A model generated the notes under the pieces. It searched no databases and was not told where the DNA came from. It saw nothing but the letters and a program-made list of their open reading frames with translations. This document shows, piece by piece, positions 11,831 to 25,272 of a stretch of DNA of 64,000 bases (position 1 is the first letter of the stretch; every line of letters begins with the position of its first letter). The DNA is from Octopus sinensis (Eukaryota), in assembly GCF_006345805.1 (NCBI RefSeq), contig NW_021831855.1, forward strand, positions 1 through 64,000. Direction: 5' to 3'. Position numbers and translations under genes: made by a program.

Positions 11831-12733
11831 ATCCAGCCATCACTGTCTGTCTGACTGTTTGTCTGTCTTTCTGCCTGTGTATCTAAGTATTCAACCAACT
11901 GAGTATTATGCGTATATGCATATATATTTTCTGTACACACACCACACACACACACACACACATCCTTTTATTCAATATTTATGTAAGCATGTATGTGAGT
12001 ATACATATATGTACGCATATATAGATGCATATTTATAATCAATATGTCCCGATATACATGTACATGCACACATACACACTTGTAAAATATATATATGTAC
12101 ACACATGATTACATACATAAAATGCGTAGATGATCGAGTATACACGTGTACGTAGGAACGTGATAAATGTGTGTATGCATCCATGTGTGCGTTTATACTG
12201 CACGACCTTACACGTATAGGAATTCTCTAAACTCCATCAAACCGAAACTATGCAACATATGGAGGCGAGAAAATATCTTCAGCCAGCTTTCATATGTAAT
12301 TTATAGTTAATAGAATTACCTTCCTGGGGCGAAAAGGCTTCAGGGAGTTAAAGAAGTTCTTATTAAGATGGACATGAGATATCTGAATCGATGAGGTAAT
12401 TCTACATTATGGAGGACCTCATGTTAAGGACGAAATAGAAATTGAAAACGAAAAACGCTAGCTTTTAGCAGGGGTGGTGGCGATGATGATGGAAGGGAAT
12501 GGCGTTGTTGTTGTTGTTGTGGTTTGGTCCAAGTTCAACCTTGATTGAGAAGATCTGTGCCCCAAAATAATGCTGTTGGGATCAAAGACGCAGGAATAAC
12601 CGTTAGCTTTGCACCCACGTAGCCTCAGGTTCGGTTTTCACTGTGTTATACATTTGGAGAAAAGTCTTCTAATGCAGCCTCCGACTGTCTAATGCCTTTT
12701 TAATGAATGTGGCGGACGCAAACTTTCTATACA

Positions 12734-12778
<45 letters not shown>

Positions 12779-12974
12779 CAAGACAAATGCATTCACACAC
12801 GTGTATATAATATATATTATATAAATATACAAATATATATATATATATATAAGACAAATGCATGCACAAACGTGTGATAATATATAATAAGACAAATGCA
12901 TGCACAAACGTGTGTATAATATATATATATATATATATATATATGAATATACAAATATATATTTACATGTGTGT

Positions 12975-13173
12975 ATATATATATACACATGTATACACAA
13001 ATATATATTTACATTTTTTCTCACCTTGTTTCTCTTTGTTTTTCTGTGTACCTTTCTGTAGGAGAGCGTAGGCTCGAAACGTAAAATACTTTTTATATTC
13101 CTGAGCGTTATACTAATACATCTGTTTGTTTTGTACACCACCTGTCTTCGTCTTTTGTTTTTTCGTAAACTCT

Positions 13174-13180
<7 letters not shown>
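12975..13180 (+). mobile_element. PLE pseudo-LTR-like repeat with variant hammerhead; inverted partner at 13565-13750
   Basis: cctttctgtaggagagcgtaggctcgaaacgtaaaa flanked by TA tracts. The same family occurs at 13565-13750 (-) and 26510-26790 (+). Confidence 0.65.
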
Positions 13181-13226
<46 letters not shown>

Positions 13227-13414
13227 GTATACATATATATGTATATATATATATATTATTGAAGTAGATAAATGAATTATCTTATTACGGATAATTCAAA
13301 TGATGATAACCGATACATGGGTAGCAAATATCACAACACAAAAAGCACGGTTGAAGTTACGACCATGGGGTATAAAATCCGTGCCTTAATGCGGAAATCT
13401 GAAGTTTTATATAT

Positions 13415-13497
13415 TAAGTGTAGGAAGAAATGGAGCTGAACGAGGATTTAACAAAATTCCTTTTAAATCTTCATTCAGCTCCATTTCTTCCTACACT

Positions 13498-13499
<2 letters not shown>
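13415..13499. repeat. 37-bp-arm fold-back hairpin, 11-nt loop, between TA tracts
   Basis: 13415-13451 pairs with 13463-13499 (one G-T, one mismatch). Confidence 0.9.
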
Positions 13500-13545
<46 letters not shown>

Positions 13546-13564
13546 TATATATATATATATATAG

Positions 13565-13750
13565 GAGGAGTTTAAGAAAAAAAACAAAAGACGAAGACAG
13601 GTGGTGTACAAAACAAACAGATGTATTAGTATAACGCTCAGGAATATAAAACGTCTTTTACGTTTCGAGCCTACGCTCTTCTACAGAAAGGTACACAGAA
13701 AAAACAAGGAGAAAAAAAGGAGAGAAAAAAACGTAAATATATATTTGTGT
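13565..13750 (-). mobile_element. PLE pseudo-LTR-like repeat with variant hammerhead
   Basis: The reverse complement contains cctttctgtagaagagcgtaggctcgaaacgtaaaagac and mirrors 12975-13180. Confidence 0.65.
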
Positions 13751-13779
<29 letters not shown>

Positions 13780-13786
<7 letters not shown>

Positions 13787-13924
13787 CAAAATATATATTT
13801 ACAGATATATATATATATATATATATACAAATATATATTTACATGATATATATATATTATATATATACAAATATATATTTACATGTATATATAATATATA
13901 TAGATATATATACAAATATATATT

Positions 13925-13962
<38 letters not shown>

Positions 13963-13978
13963 AATATATATTTACGTG

Positions 13979-14025
<47 letters not shown>

Positions 14026-14074
14026 AATATATATTTACATGTAATATATATATATATATATACAAATCTATATT

Positions 14075-14121
<47 letters not shown>

Positions 14122-14250
14122 CACACACACAAAAATATATGTACATGTATATATATATATATATACACAAATATATATGTACATGTATACATATATATAT
14201 ACAAATATATATTTACATGTATACATATATTTATATATACACATATATTT
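13780..14250 (+). repeat. About 11 reiterations of acaaatatatatttacatg separated by variable TA spacers
   Basis: Counted by eye. Confidence 0.85.
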
Positions 14251-14919
14251 ACATGTATACACACACACATGTATAAACACACACGCGCACATGGATATAT
14301 TTGTAAGAACAGAAAACGAAACTCAATAATGTCAGAACTTTCAGTTGTTCTTAACAGCTGTTTCCATGAGTTACACGAAAATATCAACTATAAATGATTA
14401 CAATAATTACACCAATTGATTGTAGCCTTTAATTGAATTTAGTCGAATGTGATGAGGAAGTCATTTAATCAGGAGTATGTTGTTATTTCAGAAATAGGAA
14501 TGTGTGTGCGCGCGTGCATGTCTTTCTGTCTGTCTTTACGATAACACAGCTCGAAAAATCGGTGATGCTAAGGAGATGTACTGGACTTTTAGATAAATGT
14601 TGGCGGCGGGGAGGTGTATATGATTGACACACAGCCTTCAAGGTGGGGATCCAGTTTGGCCGCATTCCAATGACTGAACATTGTCTAACATGCCCTTCCT
14701 CTAACAAAACACTGGGGTTATGCTTTGAAGATGATTAGGTTGATATTTCTAGCAGGCTGACTGACCACATAGAGGTTGGTGCTGATAATAGTAATATCTA
14801 TGATCGAGTAGGATGGGATATCGTAGTTGCTGTTGTCATTGTTGTTGTTGATTTTAACCCTGCTGATCTTCGGTATGTTTATGGTGTCGAATGCAACGAT
14901 ATTATTACTTGCGGGAAGG

Positions 14920-15115
14920 TGACAAGCCGGACAAAATGCTTAGAAGCATTTCGTCCGTCTTTACGTTCTGAGTTCAAGTTCCACCAAGGTCGATTTTGCC
15001 TTTCATCCTTTCGGGGGTCAATGAAATAAGTACCAGTAAAGTGCTGGGATCGATTAAATCGACTCATCCCCCTCCCCCAAATTTCAGGCCTGTAGTAGAA
15101 AAGATATTAATATTT
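14920..15115 (+). mobile_element. CORE-type tRNA SINE
   Basis: ttacgttctgagttcaa...gcctttcatcctttcggggtc...aagtaccag (CORE-like domain). Confidence 0.8.
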
Positions 15116-15614
15116 GTGGTGATATTTATGTTCGTGTCGGTATTGTCAGTGGCGTCGGCGGGAGCATCGGTGGTAATGGCGATAATTGTAAATTTGGAGT
15201 GTTTATAATAATGTTAATGAAGCGCAACACGATAACGCTGCTGCTGCTGCTGATGATGATGATGAAGATGATGGTGGAGGTAATGATGACGGTGAATAAT
15301 GATCATAATACACATGATGATGATAGTAGTGGTGGTGATAAAAAAATACGCTCATATAACGTAAGAAAGACGGCAGGAAAATTACTCGTGGTCGCCTGCT
15401 GCAGGAAAACTTAACAGCAAAGGTGGTGTTGGCATGATTTGGTAATATGACTGTCATAATAGTAGCGGTGGTGGTGATGGTCGGGGTAGTGATGATGATG
15501 GTGGTGGTGGTGAATGCAGTAGTGGCGAACGTTAGTGGTTCAAATGGTAATGATGATGGTGATAGTGGTTGTGGTGATAATGAAAATGAAGATGGAAGAG
15601 AGAGAAAATGAAAG

Positions 15615-15719
15615 ATAGATCGATAGAGAGATGGATAGGTCGATAGCTAGACACAGACAGACAGACAGACACAGACATACATACATACATACATACATAC
15701 ATACATACATACATACAGG

Positions 15720-15750
<31 letters not shown>

Positions 15751-15792
15751 GCACAGACAGACAGACAGACACAGACAGACACATACATACAT

Positions 15793-15864
<72 letters not shown>

Positions 15865-16034
15865 GCACAGACAGACAGACAGACAGACAGACACAGACAG
15901 ACAGACAGACACACAGAGACAGACAGAGACAGACATAGATAGATACAGACAGACAGATAGACAGATACAGATAGAGAGATGGATAGTTAAATTGACAAAT
16001 AGACAGAGGTAGATAGATGGGGAGAGAGTGAGGG

Positions 16035-16070
<36 letters not shown>
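15615..16070. repeat. (GACA)n/(TACA)n/(GA)n compound microsatellite
   Basis: Visible in sequence. Confidence 0.95.
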
Positions 16071-16071
<1 letters not shown>

Positions 16072-16598
16072 GATAGGGAAGCGTACACCAAAATGAATGG
16101 TGACACTGAAATTGTGCCGTAAATCATAGAGAGACATTTGGTGGATGTGCTCTCGCTGTCGTATCATATCAACGATATTACATTGGCTGTAGTGGTGGTG
16201 GTGGTGAGAGGTGTATATTGTGGTAGTTGACAAAGTAGGATATACGAAGGTATAGATACAGGGAGATACGAGTAGACACATACATATACATACAGACATA
16301 TACGTGTATATACACACGCACATATATGAGCATTTACACACATATGTGTGTAATATATATCTGTATGCCTATCTCTCTCTCTCTCATTATATATATATAT
16401 ATATATATATATATAGATGTATAGCTATATATGTACACTTGTATGTAAGTATGTATTTTTGTATGTATGTGTGTGTATATGTGTGTATATGTATATATAT
16501 ATATATATATATATACATACACACACACACACACATGGACATGCGTATGAACATATGCATATATATATATAATACGCATATATATATATATATATAGA

Positions 16599-16639
<41 letters not shown>

Positions 16640-16706
16640 CATATTACATATATATATGCACACACACATATACGCATATACATAATATACATATATGCAC
16701 GCATGC

Positions 16707-16759
<53 letters not shown>

Positions 16760-17521
16760 GAGAGAAAGAGAGAGAGAGAGAATGAGAGGGAGGAAAGGAA
16801 AGGAGAGAATGAAAGGTTATCGAATGATAAATTACTAAAGATGACACGAAATGTGAAAATCTAAGATGGAGGTGGTAGCGGGGGCGGGGGTTGTGGGGTT
16901 AGAAGATTGGCATGGAATGCCTTGTGTGTGTGTGTGTTGCTCTCTGACTGGCGGCCATATTAAGCGTATTAAAAGCCAGCCTCCATTATGACGGTGGACT
17001 CGTCTATCGGACATAATGCTTATTGAATCACAGTCAGCAGACGACACGCTAAGTCAAGTTAGCAGGTTTCAATACAATAAATTGATTTCTTTTTATCGAA
17101 ACATTCGAACAATTCAACATTAATAATTCTAAGAATCAGTGAACATGGAGAAATGGGAGAGAGAAAGAGAAAGAAGGAGAGATTAAGAATACCGTATATG
17201 TATATATGTATCTATGCGTCTATATATATAGGTGTATAGGTATGTATTCATGTACGTATATATGCGTTTGTTGTGTATGTGTAGTGTGTACATATGTATG
17301 GACTATGAACATACGTATGTATATGTACACATATTTATGTGTGAATATATATATATATATATATATACACGCACACACATACACACACAAAAGCATTCAC
17401 ACACATATATACGCCTATATAATATGCATACATATGCAAACGCATGCATGCACACACACAAACACACACACACACACATATACTTGCTTACCTATCTGTG
17501 TCTGTCGTTGTGTGTGTGTGA

Positions 17522-17567
<46 letters not shown>

Positions 17568-18113
17568 AACGGATAGCTAGCTAGCTAGATAGATATGTAG
17601 GTAGGTAGATAGGTAGGTAGATATGTAGGTAGGTAGGTAGGTAGGTAGATAGATAGGGATAATGAACAGAAAGAAAAGAAACGTTTTTATCGGAAGAATC
17701 ATTACCAATATTTCCAGAATTGCGAAAGAAAAACAGTTTTAGATCCACAGTTAATTTGACGAAGATGTTTAGAGAGATCGACATAAACGACAGACAGGAA
17801 TGATAGACAGACACATCGGATAAATGATAGAGGGACTAGCTTAGCTAAGGTTCTTATTAATCTTTTTGCTAATCTATCAATTTGGTGTGCGTCTGTCTTA
17901 TGGACACGATGTTGATGATAAAAATCATCCTTGTTATATCCTGCGCCTCCCTCTCCTCCTCCTCGCGTTACCGCTCTGTCTTTTTATTTCTTTATTCTCC
18001 ATATCGAATCTATTAATCTTCCCTTTTCTTCAAGTCAATAACAATCCATACAACGGACGAGATGCTGCCAAGAATTTCGTCCGGAGTGCTATCGATTCTG
18101 CCAGTTCGCCGTC

Positions 18114-18149
<36 letters not shown>

Positions 18150-18154
<5 letters not shown>

Positions 18155-18364
18155 CCTATCTATTATAGTCACAAGGCCTGAAATTTTTGGTGAGGGGACT
18201 AATCGATTACATCGACCCCATTGCTTAACTGGTACTTAACTTATCGACCCCGAAAAGATGAAAGGCAAAGTCGACCTCGGCGGAATTTGAACTCAGAACG
18301 TAGCAGCAGACAAAATACCGCTAAGCATTCCATCCAGTATGCTAAATATTCTACCAGCTCGCTG

Positions 18365-18370
<6 letters not shown>
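18150..18370 (-). mobile_element. CORE-type tRNA SINE between (TAA)n tracts
   Basis: atcgaccccgaaaagatgaaaggcaaagtcgacctcggcggaatttgaactcagaacg. Confidence 0.85.
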
Positions 18371-18406
<36 letters not shown>

Positions 18407-18450
18407 TAATAATGATAATAATAATAATAATTTATTATAATTTATTATTT

Positions 18451-21400
18451 AAATTTGTTACACAAAAAGTACGAAAAACTACACGTGCCCTACGAAAATG
18501 ACGACCGTCAAAATAATGGGCCGGACGTTGTTCCTCATGTCCCGACAATAAAACCAAAAAGGCATAAATGGACACGTGAGGAATACATTTCAATCCTATA
18601 CGCTTACTTTACAGCAGTGCTCTACCCAAAGAACGAAAACACAACAACATATACATATAAAATATAGAAGAAAAATAACATAAATAAAGACTTGGATACA
18701 GCAATGAACCCTAATAAACTAGCTAACGTACGAAGATATATTCTCAGCGCAAAAAATATCAGAAATAGAAATAGAACATTTAAAAGAAAAAATACATCAG
18801 GAAAATGTTGATAGAAGCCACACAACAATACCAAATAATATAAACACTGAGATAGTAAAACACGAAGACAAACGTAACATTCCCAACAAAAACGATGTAT
18901 ACAAAAAACAACAGAACCAGACCGTAAGGATGCATAATAATGCACGACAAGCAGCAAGCCAAAACACGACAGACAAACATACGAATGAGAAAGAGAGTGA
19001 CACAAATCTAAAACCTGGAAACAACGAAGGGGAGCCTAATGATTATGATACTATAAAAAGTAGAATAATCAAAGAACTGAAAACCACAGATCTCAAAATG
19101 GACCATCGACCATACCTCCCAAAAATCAAAATAGACAAAAAAAAACAACATCAATTATAAATAACATAAACCTAGCCGTCACGGAACTAATAGACAATGA
19201 AACAAATAGCAATATCACTGAGCTAAATGACTTAGTATATGCAGCAGCCACTGCAGCCACAAAAGAAGCTGGATACTCCCTCAGACCCATCCAAACAGGA
19301 GTACCACCACCCAAACAAACCCTGTGGATAAATAACATTAAAAAAATACAAAAAATGAGAAAAGATCTGTCGATTTTTAATGAAATCAGTAGACAATCAA
19401 CGCTACTGAGCAACAAAAAGAAAACAAAAATACTCCGCAAATATAACATCACAGAAAAAGATTTACCTGAGATAAAAGAAATACAAAAAGTGAGAAAAGA
19501 TCTGTCGATTCTCAATGAAATCAGTAGACAATCAACGCTACAAAAATACTATGCAAATACAACAACACAGAAAAAGATTTACCTGAGATAAAAGAAAAGC
19601 TAAAGCAAGATATCCTTGCCAAAGCACAAAGGATCCGCCGGTACGAGAAACGCCAACGTTTCTGTGAACAAAACAAACAGTTCAACTCCAACCCCCAAAA
19701 GTTCTACCAAGAACTTGGCAAAAATAAAATAGACATCACTGCAGCACCAACGGCAGAAGAAGTGGAAGAATTCTGGAAAGAAATATGGTCGGCGAATGAA
19801 CAACCAAAAAAAGGAGTATTAAAACAACAAACTTAGCATCTGAGCAACTTTGGACCCCCATAACAACTGAAGAGGTCACCCAGGCACTGCAAAGACTAAG
19901 CAACTGGAAGGCACCTGGGCATGACAAGATCCTCAACTTCTGGTTGAAATATCTAACAGGAATGCACAAAAAGCTGGCTGAAAACTTTAACAACATACTG
20001 GCAGAGCCAGAGACAATGCCTGATTGGCTCACGAAAGGGAAAACCATCTTAATTCTCATCCAATGAGACAGCAAAACCAGAAAACTATAGACCTATAACC
20101 TGTCTCCCTACAAAGTACAAAGCATTTACTGCAGTAATATCACAAAGATTGAACAAGCACCTGGACGAAAACAACCTATTTCCAGAAGAGCAGAAAGGAT
20201 GCCGCAAAGGCTCATATGGCTGTAAAGATCAACTAATGATCAATAAAGCCATAACTGAAGACAGCCACAGAAAGAAGAAAGGCCTCAGTATGGCCTGGAT
20301 CGACTACAGAAAGGCGTTTGATAGCATCCCCCACACATGGATCCTCGAAACACTAGCCATTAACAAAGTAGCACCAACAATTATAAAATACATAGGGCAC
20401 TCTATGAATAAATGGCAGACAATGCTACAGCTCCAAACAAAAGAGGGACTCATGAAAACCAAAGCCATTAGAAGAGGAATATTCCAAGGAGACACGCTCT
20501 CTCTACTCCTTTTCTGCTTGGCACTGTCACCTCTATCTGATATGCTAAATAGAACTGGATGCGGATATAAATGTTACGGCAAAACGATCAGCCACCTTTT
20601 ATATATGGATGACCTAAAACTATACGCAACAAATGACAAACAGCTGGAAACATTACTAAAGACAGTTCATGGATTTACCAAAGAAATAGATATGAAATTT
20701 GGATTAGAAAAATGCACCAAAGTAACCATGAAAAGAGGAAAACTAGTTAAGAGTAGCAACATCACACTAGATAAAACCAATGGAATAAAAGAATTAGACC
20801 AAAGCCAAACTTACAAATACTTAGGAATCCATGAACTAGATAAGACACAGCACACACAAATGAAAGAGAAAATAAAAAAAGAATATTATAGACGAGTTAG
20901 ATCAATACTAAAAACAGCTCAATGCTTAAAACAAAATAGTAGGTATTAACACTTTAGCCGTCCCAGTTATAAGTTACAGCTACAATATCCTTAACTGGAC
21001 ACTAACTGAGCTGACCAAAATAGATAGGAAAACAAGAAAAATAATGACAGGATCAAGGATGCATCACCCAAAATCTGACATAGAAAGGCTATATATACAA
21101 CGTATAGAAGGTGGTAGAGACATTATACAGCTGAAAAACTACTATAAAATAACCACCATAGGACTGCAAAAATATCTACTTCAGAAGGAAGGAAAACTGA
21201 TACAAATAGCAGCAAAATACGAGCAAAACAAAAAACTGTTATCAGTATTTAAGGATGCTGACAAATACAAACAAGAAGAAGATGAAGAAACAACAAAAGC
21301 TATAAAACAAATGAAATCGAAACTAAAACTAGAACAGCAACGAACCATGATAAAACGATGGCAAGAAAAGCCCCTTCATGGCAAATACTGGACTAAACTA

Positions 21401-22217
21401 AATGCAAAAGAAATAGACAAAGCAAAATCCCAGCAACAGTTGAGAAGCTCAGGACTCAAATCAGAGACAGAGATTTTTAATTGCAGCACAAGACCAAAGC
21501 CTCCCCACCAGAAATTACCATAAACATGTAATGAAAAGAAATATAACAAGTAACTGCAGAATATGTGGAGATGGACAAGAAACAATGAATCATATTATCT
21601 CTGGCTGCCCAGTCCTGGCTAAGAAGGAATATATTCACAGACACGACAATGTTGGGACCTACATACACTGGAAGCTATGCCAACATTATGGAATAACAAC
21701 AGAAAAAAGATGGTATAGGCACACACCAGAAAAGCTCACAGAAAACGAGAAAGCAACCATACTCTGGGATATGCCAATACACACAGATAGAGAAATTAAG
21801 GCCAACAGACCAACAGTCAGAGATCATGAAGAAAAAAATGCTTTCTAATTGATGTATCAATACCAGCAGATGACAACGTGTCTCTAAAAGAAATGGAGAA
21901 ACTCTCAAAATACAAAGACCTGGAAATAGGGGTAACCAGAATGTGGATTCTAAAAACAGAAACAATTCCTATTATAGTAGGTGCATTAGGCCTGATAAAA
22001 AAATATTCAGACAAATACATAACAAAACACCAGGACTTACAAACACATATAACATATAGAAAATTGCACTACTAGGCACTGCACACATCCTACGCAAAAC
22101 ACTTTCCATACAGTAACCATCAGAGCATCGCAACAAATCACAGCACATACCCAAGGCACACAGAGGTAGTGAAGTGAAAGCACGCTATAAAAATAAAACT
22201 ACTGAATAATAAAACTA

Positions 22218-22256
<39 letters not shown>
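18451..22256 (+). mobile_element. Near full-length R4/Dong-like non-LTR retrotransposon (RLE type), frameshifted, in (TAA)n
   Basis: N-terminal KRHKWTREEY...YAYF; RT motifs WIDYRKAFDSIPH, RGIFQGDTLS, YMDDLKLY; zinc knuckle CRICG..ETMNHIISGC; RLE motifs NRP.....DVSIP..KEMEKLSKYKDL. (TAA)n on both sides. Confidence 0.9.
20149..20949 (+). pseudogene. R4/Dong RT core
   Basis: EEQKGCRKG, DYRKAFDS, GIFQGD, YMDDLKL motifs. Confidence 0.9.
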
Positions 22257-22257
<1 letters not shown>

Positions 22258-23845
22258 GTCGTCGTCGGCTCCAGCTCGTATCCGAGCATTGGATTCGTCA
22301 GTTTCTATCCAGTCTCCTCGGCTGATGTTTGTGCCAAGTAGGTGGTAAAAGAGTCGTGAGCAGAATTCGCACAGGATAATCAGTGCGTGTCGAGGATGTT
22401 GAAGACGCTCCGTTCTTCTGCATTTTACCTCCTCATTCTGTTGTCTGTTTTGCTCGAAGGAACTGGCTTCATTGCGGATAGCAGTCCTCCAGGCTGTCCT
22501 ATCTATGGCAATGTGTGCCTATGAGGATGGCTGGATGTTAGTTTGAGCCAGGGTCCGTTTGAGCTGGTCTTCAAAACGGAATGTCGGGCATCCTATGGAT
22601 CTTGTTCCGATTGCAAGTTCTCCGTAGAGCATAATCCTCGGGAGGCAAGAGGGCTCCATACGCTGGGCGTGATCTGCCCAGCGGAGACGATGGCGAAGAA
22701 TGGTGGCTTCGACGCTTGGTAGTGAGACGCGGCGAAGAACCTCGTTGTTGGTAATATGATCTTCCCATCCTATATTGATGGTCTGTCGTAGCTCGGATTG
22801 CTGGAAGTATTCAAGTCACAGTGGTACAGCGTCCAAGTTTCACAAGCGTAGAGATGAGTTGACCGGACAATGGCACGGAAGACCATGATCTTTGTCCAGA
22901 TCTTCAATCAGCACGTGGTTGAAGAATATATATTGGCTGAGTCTACCGGAGGTGGAATGGGCCGCCTTGATCCTGTTCTTCACGTCATTTTCAAACGTTT
23001 CTTCGAAACGATATTTTCAAGGTATGCGAAGTGTTCAACTTCTAGGGGTTGGCCGTTGATGCTAATGTTTGTGGGTGGACTGTTCTGGCCTGGTGCAGGT
23101 TGGATCAGGGTCTTGGTCTTTAATGTGCTTACCTGCATCCCGACGTATTCGTATGCCGCCTTGTAAAGATCAGCTGTCCTTTGTAAGGAATCTGCGATCC
23201 GGCTCGAGGTGACATTGTCATCGGCATACTACATCTTACGGACTGAGGTAGTGGAGGTCCTCGTCTTTGCATGGAGGTGTGCAAGATTGAAGTCCGCCAT
23301 CCAAGAGATAGCGCATATTGATGGAAGGCAAGTCTAGTGGAAATTTCGTTGAACATGGTGGCCATGTACAAAGAGAAACAGGTTGATGCCAGGACGCATC
23401 CTTGCTTAAGATCCCCAGTGATGGGAAACGGGTCTGTGGGGGCATTTTAATGGCATACCCTACCCACCATACCGTTGTGGAGTGAGCGGACCAGGGCAAT
23501 GATGTCCTCCGGACATCCAAACCGAGCAAGGACGGTCCACATTGCAGGACGGGGGACCTTGTCAAAGGCTTTCTTTAGACCCCAGAAGATGAACATTGCA
23601 GGCTGTTATTGTTCTTGACACTTCTCCTGAAGTTGACGGGCAGAAAAGATCATGTTGATTGTGCCTCGAGAGGGTCGAAAATCACACTGGGACTCAGGGA
23701 AGACGCCTTCCACGAGGATGAAGAAGTGATTGAGTAGGATACGGGCGTAGATCATACTTACAATACTCAGGAGTGAGATGCCCCGATAGTTGTTGCAATC
23801 CTCCCGGTCTCCCTTCTTGTAGATGGTGATGATAGTTACAACGCG
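22257..23845 (-). mobile_element. RTE-clade LINE fragment (decayed RT and C-terminus)
   Basis: KKGDREDCNNYRGISLLSIV...PESQCDFRPSRGTINMIFSARQLQEKCQEQ is typical of RTE RT. It lies tail-to-tail with the Dong element. Confidence 0.85.
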
Positions 23846-23849
23846 GAAG

Positions 23850-23940
23850 TAGTTACGCGAAGGTGGACTTTGTCTTTCATCCCTTTCGGGTGGGTTGATA
23901 AAATAAGTACCAGTTATGCGCTGGATTCGATCTAATCGAC
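23850..23940 (-). mobile_element. CORE SINE fragment
   Basis: gactttgtctttcatccctttcggg..gataaaataagtaccagt as read on +. The strand assignment is uncertain for this short remnant. Confidence 0.45.
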
Positions 23941-24433
23941 TTTCCTCTTCTGAAACTGCTGGCCTTAAGCTGAAATCTGAAACCGATAATGATGATGAAG
24001 ATATTGATACTAGTATAATTACGTTAATAATCATAACAGAAATAATTTAAAATACAGTAAAATATTGTTGAAAATAAAAGATAAAATAACATAAAATAAT
24101 ATAAAAAGACGAACAACACAATCTGTACAAAATAAACAAATAATGGGAATCGGTGGGGGGAGGGTAACAACGCAAGAAAAACAAAAAAATACAAATAACT
24201 GAAGCCAAACTAATGAGAGCAACGAAGCGATTAGAGCTAACTGGTAGAGTTCACCGTTAACCAAACGGAATTATTTCCCCTTTCTTTTAGTAACTCTCTA
24301 ACATATTTTCCCAGATGGAGGCGGATTGTGGTGGTTGGATTTCATTTTATTTTTGAATTGTGTTGTGAGAATGATGTTTGGTGGTGTTTGGTGGTGTGTG
24401 GTGTCGGCGAGCATTCGTGCGTGCATGTGAATG

Positions 24434-24472
<39 letters not shown>

Positions 24473-25236
24473 TGTGTGTGTCATTGTTTAACTGGAGCAA
24501 AGCAGCAAAGATCAATGACAAAATTTCAATCAGTTCACGTTGGCCAACAACAACAACAACGAGTTCAATATTTTCCATTTAAATTTATATTTTTTAGAAT
24601 ATTGAAAACGGTGAGAAAATGATATTCCTTATCATCATCATCATCATCATGGTCGTTGTCTTCGTTGTCATCATCGTCGTCGCCCCTCCTCACTATCCTA
24701 CACCTCCTCCTTACCTTGCCACCACCACCTACATCATCACCTGTACAACTGTCATCATCATCGTCATCATTGCCCTTATCCCGCTACCTCTATTCTCTTT
24801 CTCCTCCTCTCCTTCCTATCTCCGCCTCTCCCCCATCATCATCATCTTCTCAGACAACATTGCGTGCTTTCGGCGCTCAACTGAGCACAGATCCGTGAGT
24901 CTTGACTTCGTGACGTGTTGAGTTTTCGTTTTCTATTTTCGGTTGCAATGTGATGCAGTGGTTTTCAATAGTTTCCATTTTCTCTATGTTAAGCATATTT
25001 CAAATTCCTCAGCTTTTGGTCACGTATTTGTTTTCATGTTTTTAAAAGCCTTCTCAAATCATTTATCATTTAGATTTGATAATATTTTTAGTTCTTCTTT
25101 GTTTTACAATCTGGTTGTCTCTATTTCCGGATCTTTATTGTTTATTATTTCTCCTTTAATACATTAATGTCTATTTGGACTGATGCATCGATTGGGAAAC
25201 ATCTTTCCTTCTCCCCTTGACATCAATATCTGGTCG

Positions 25237-25239
<3 letters not shown>

Positions 25240-25272
<33 letters not shown>

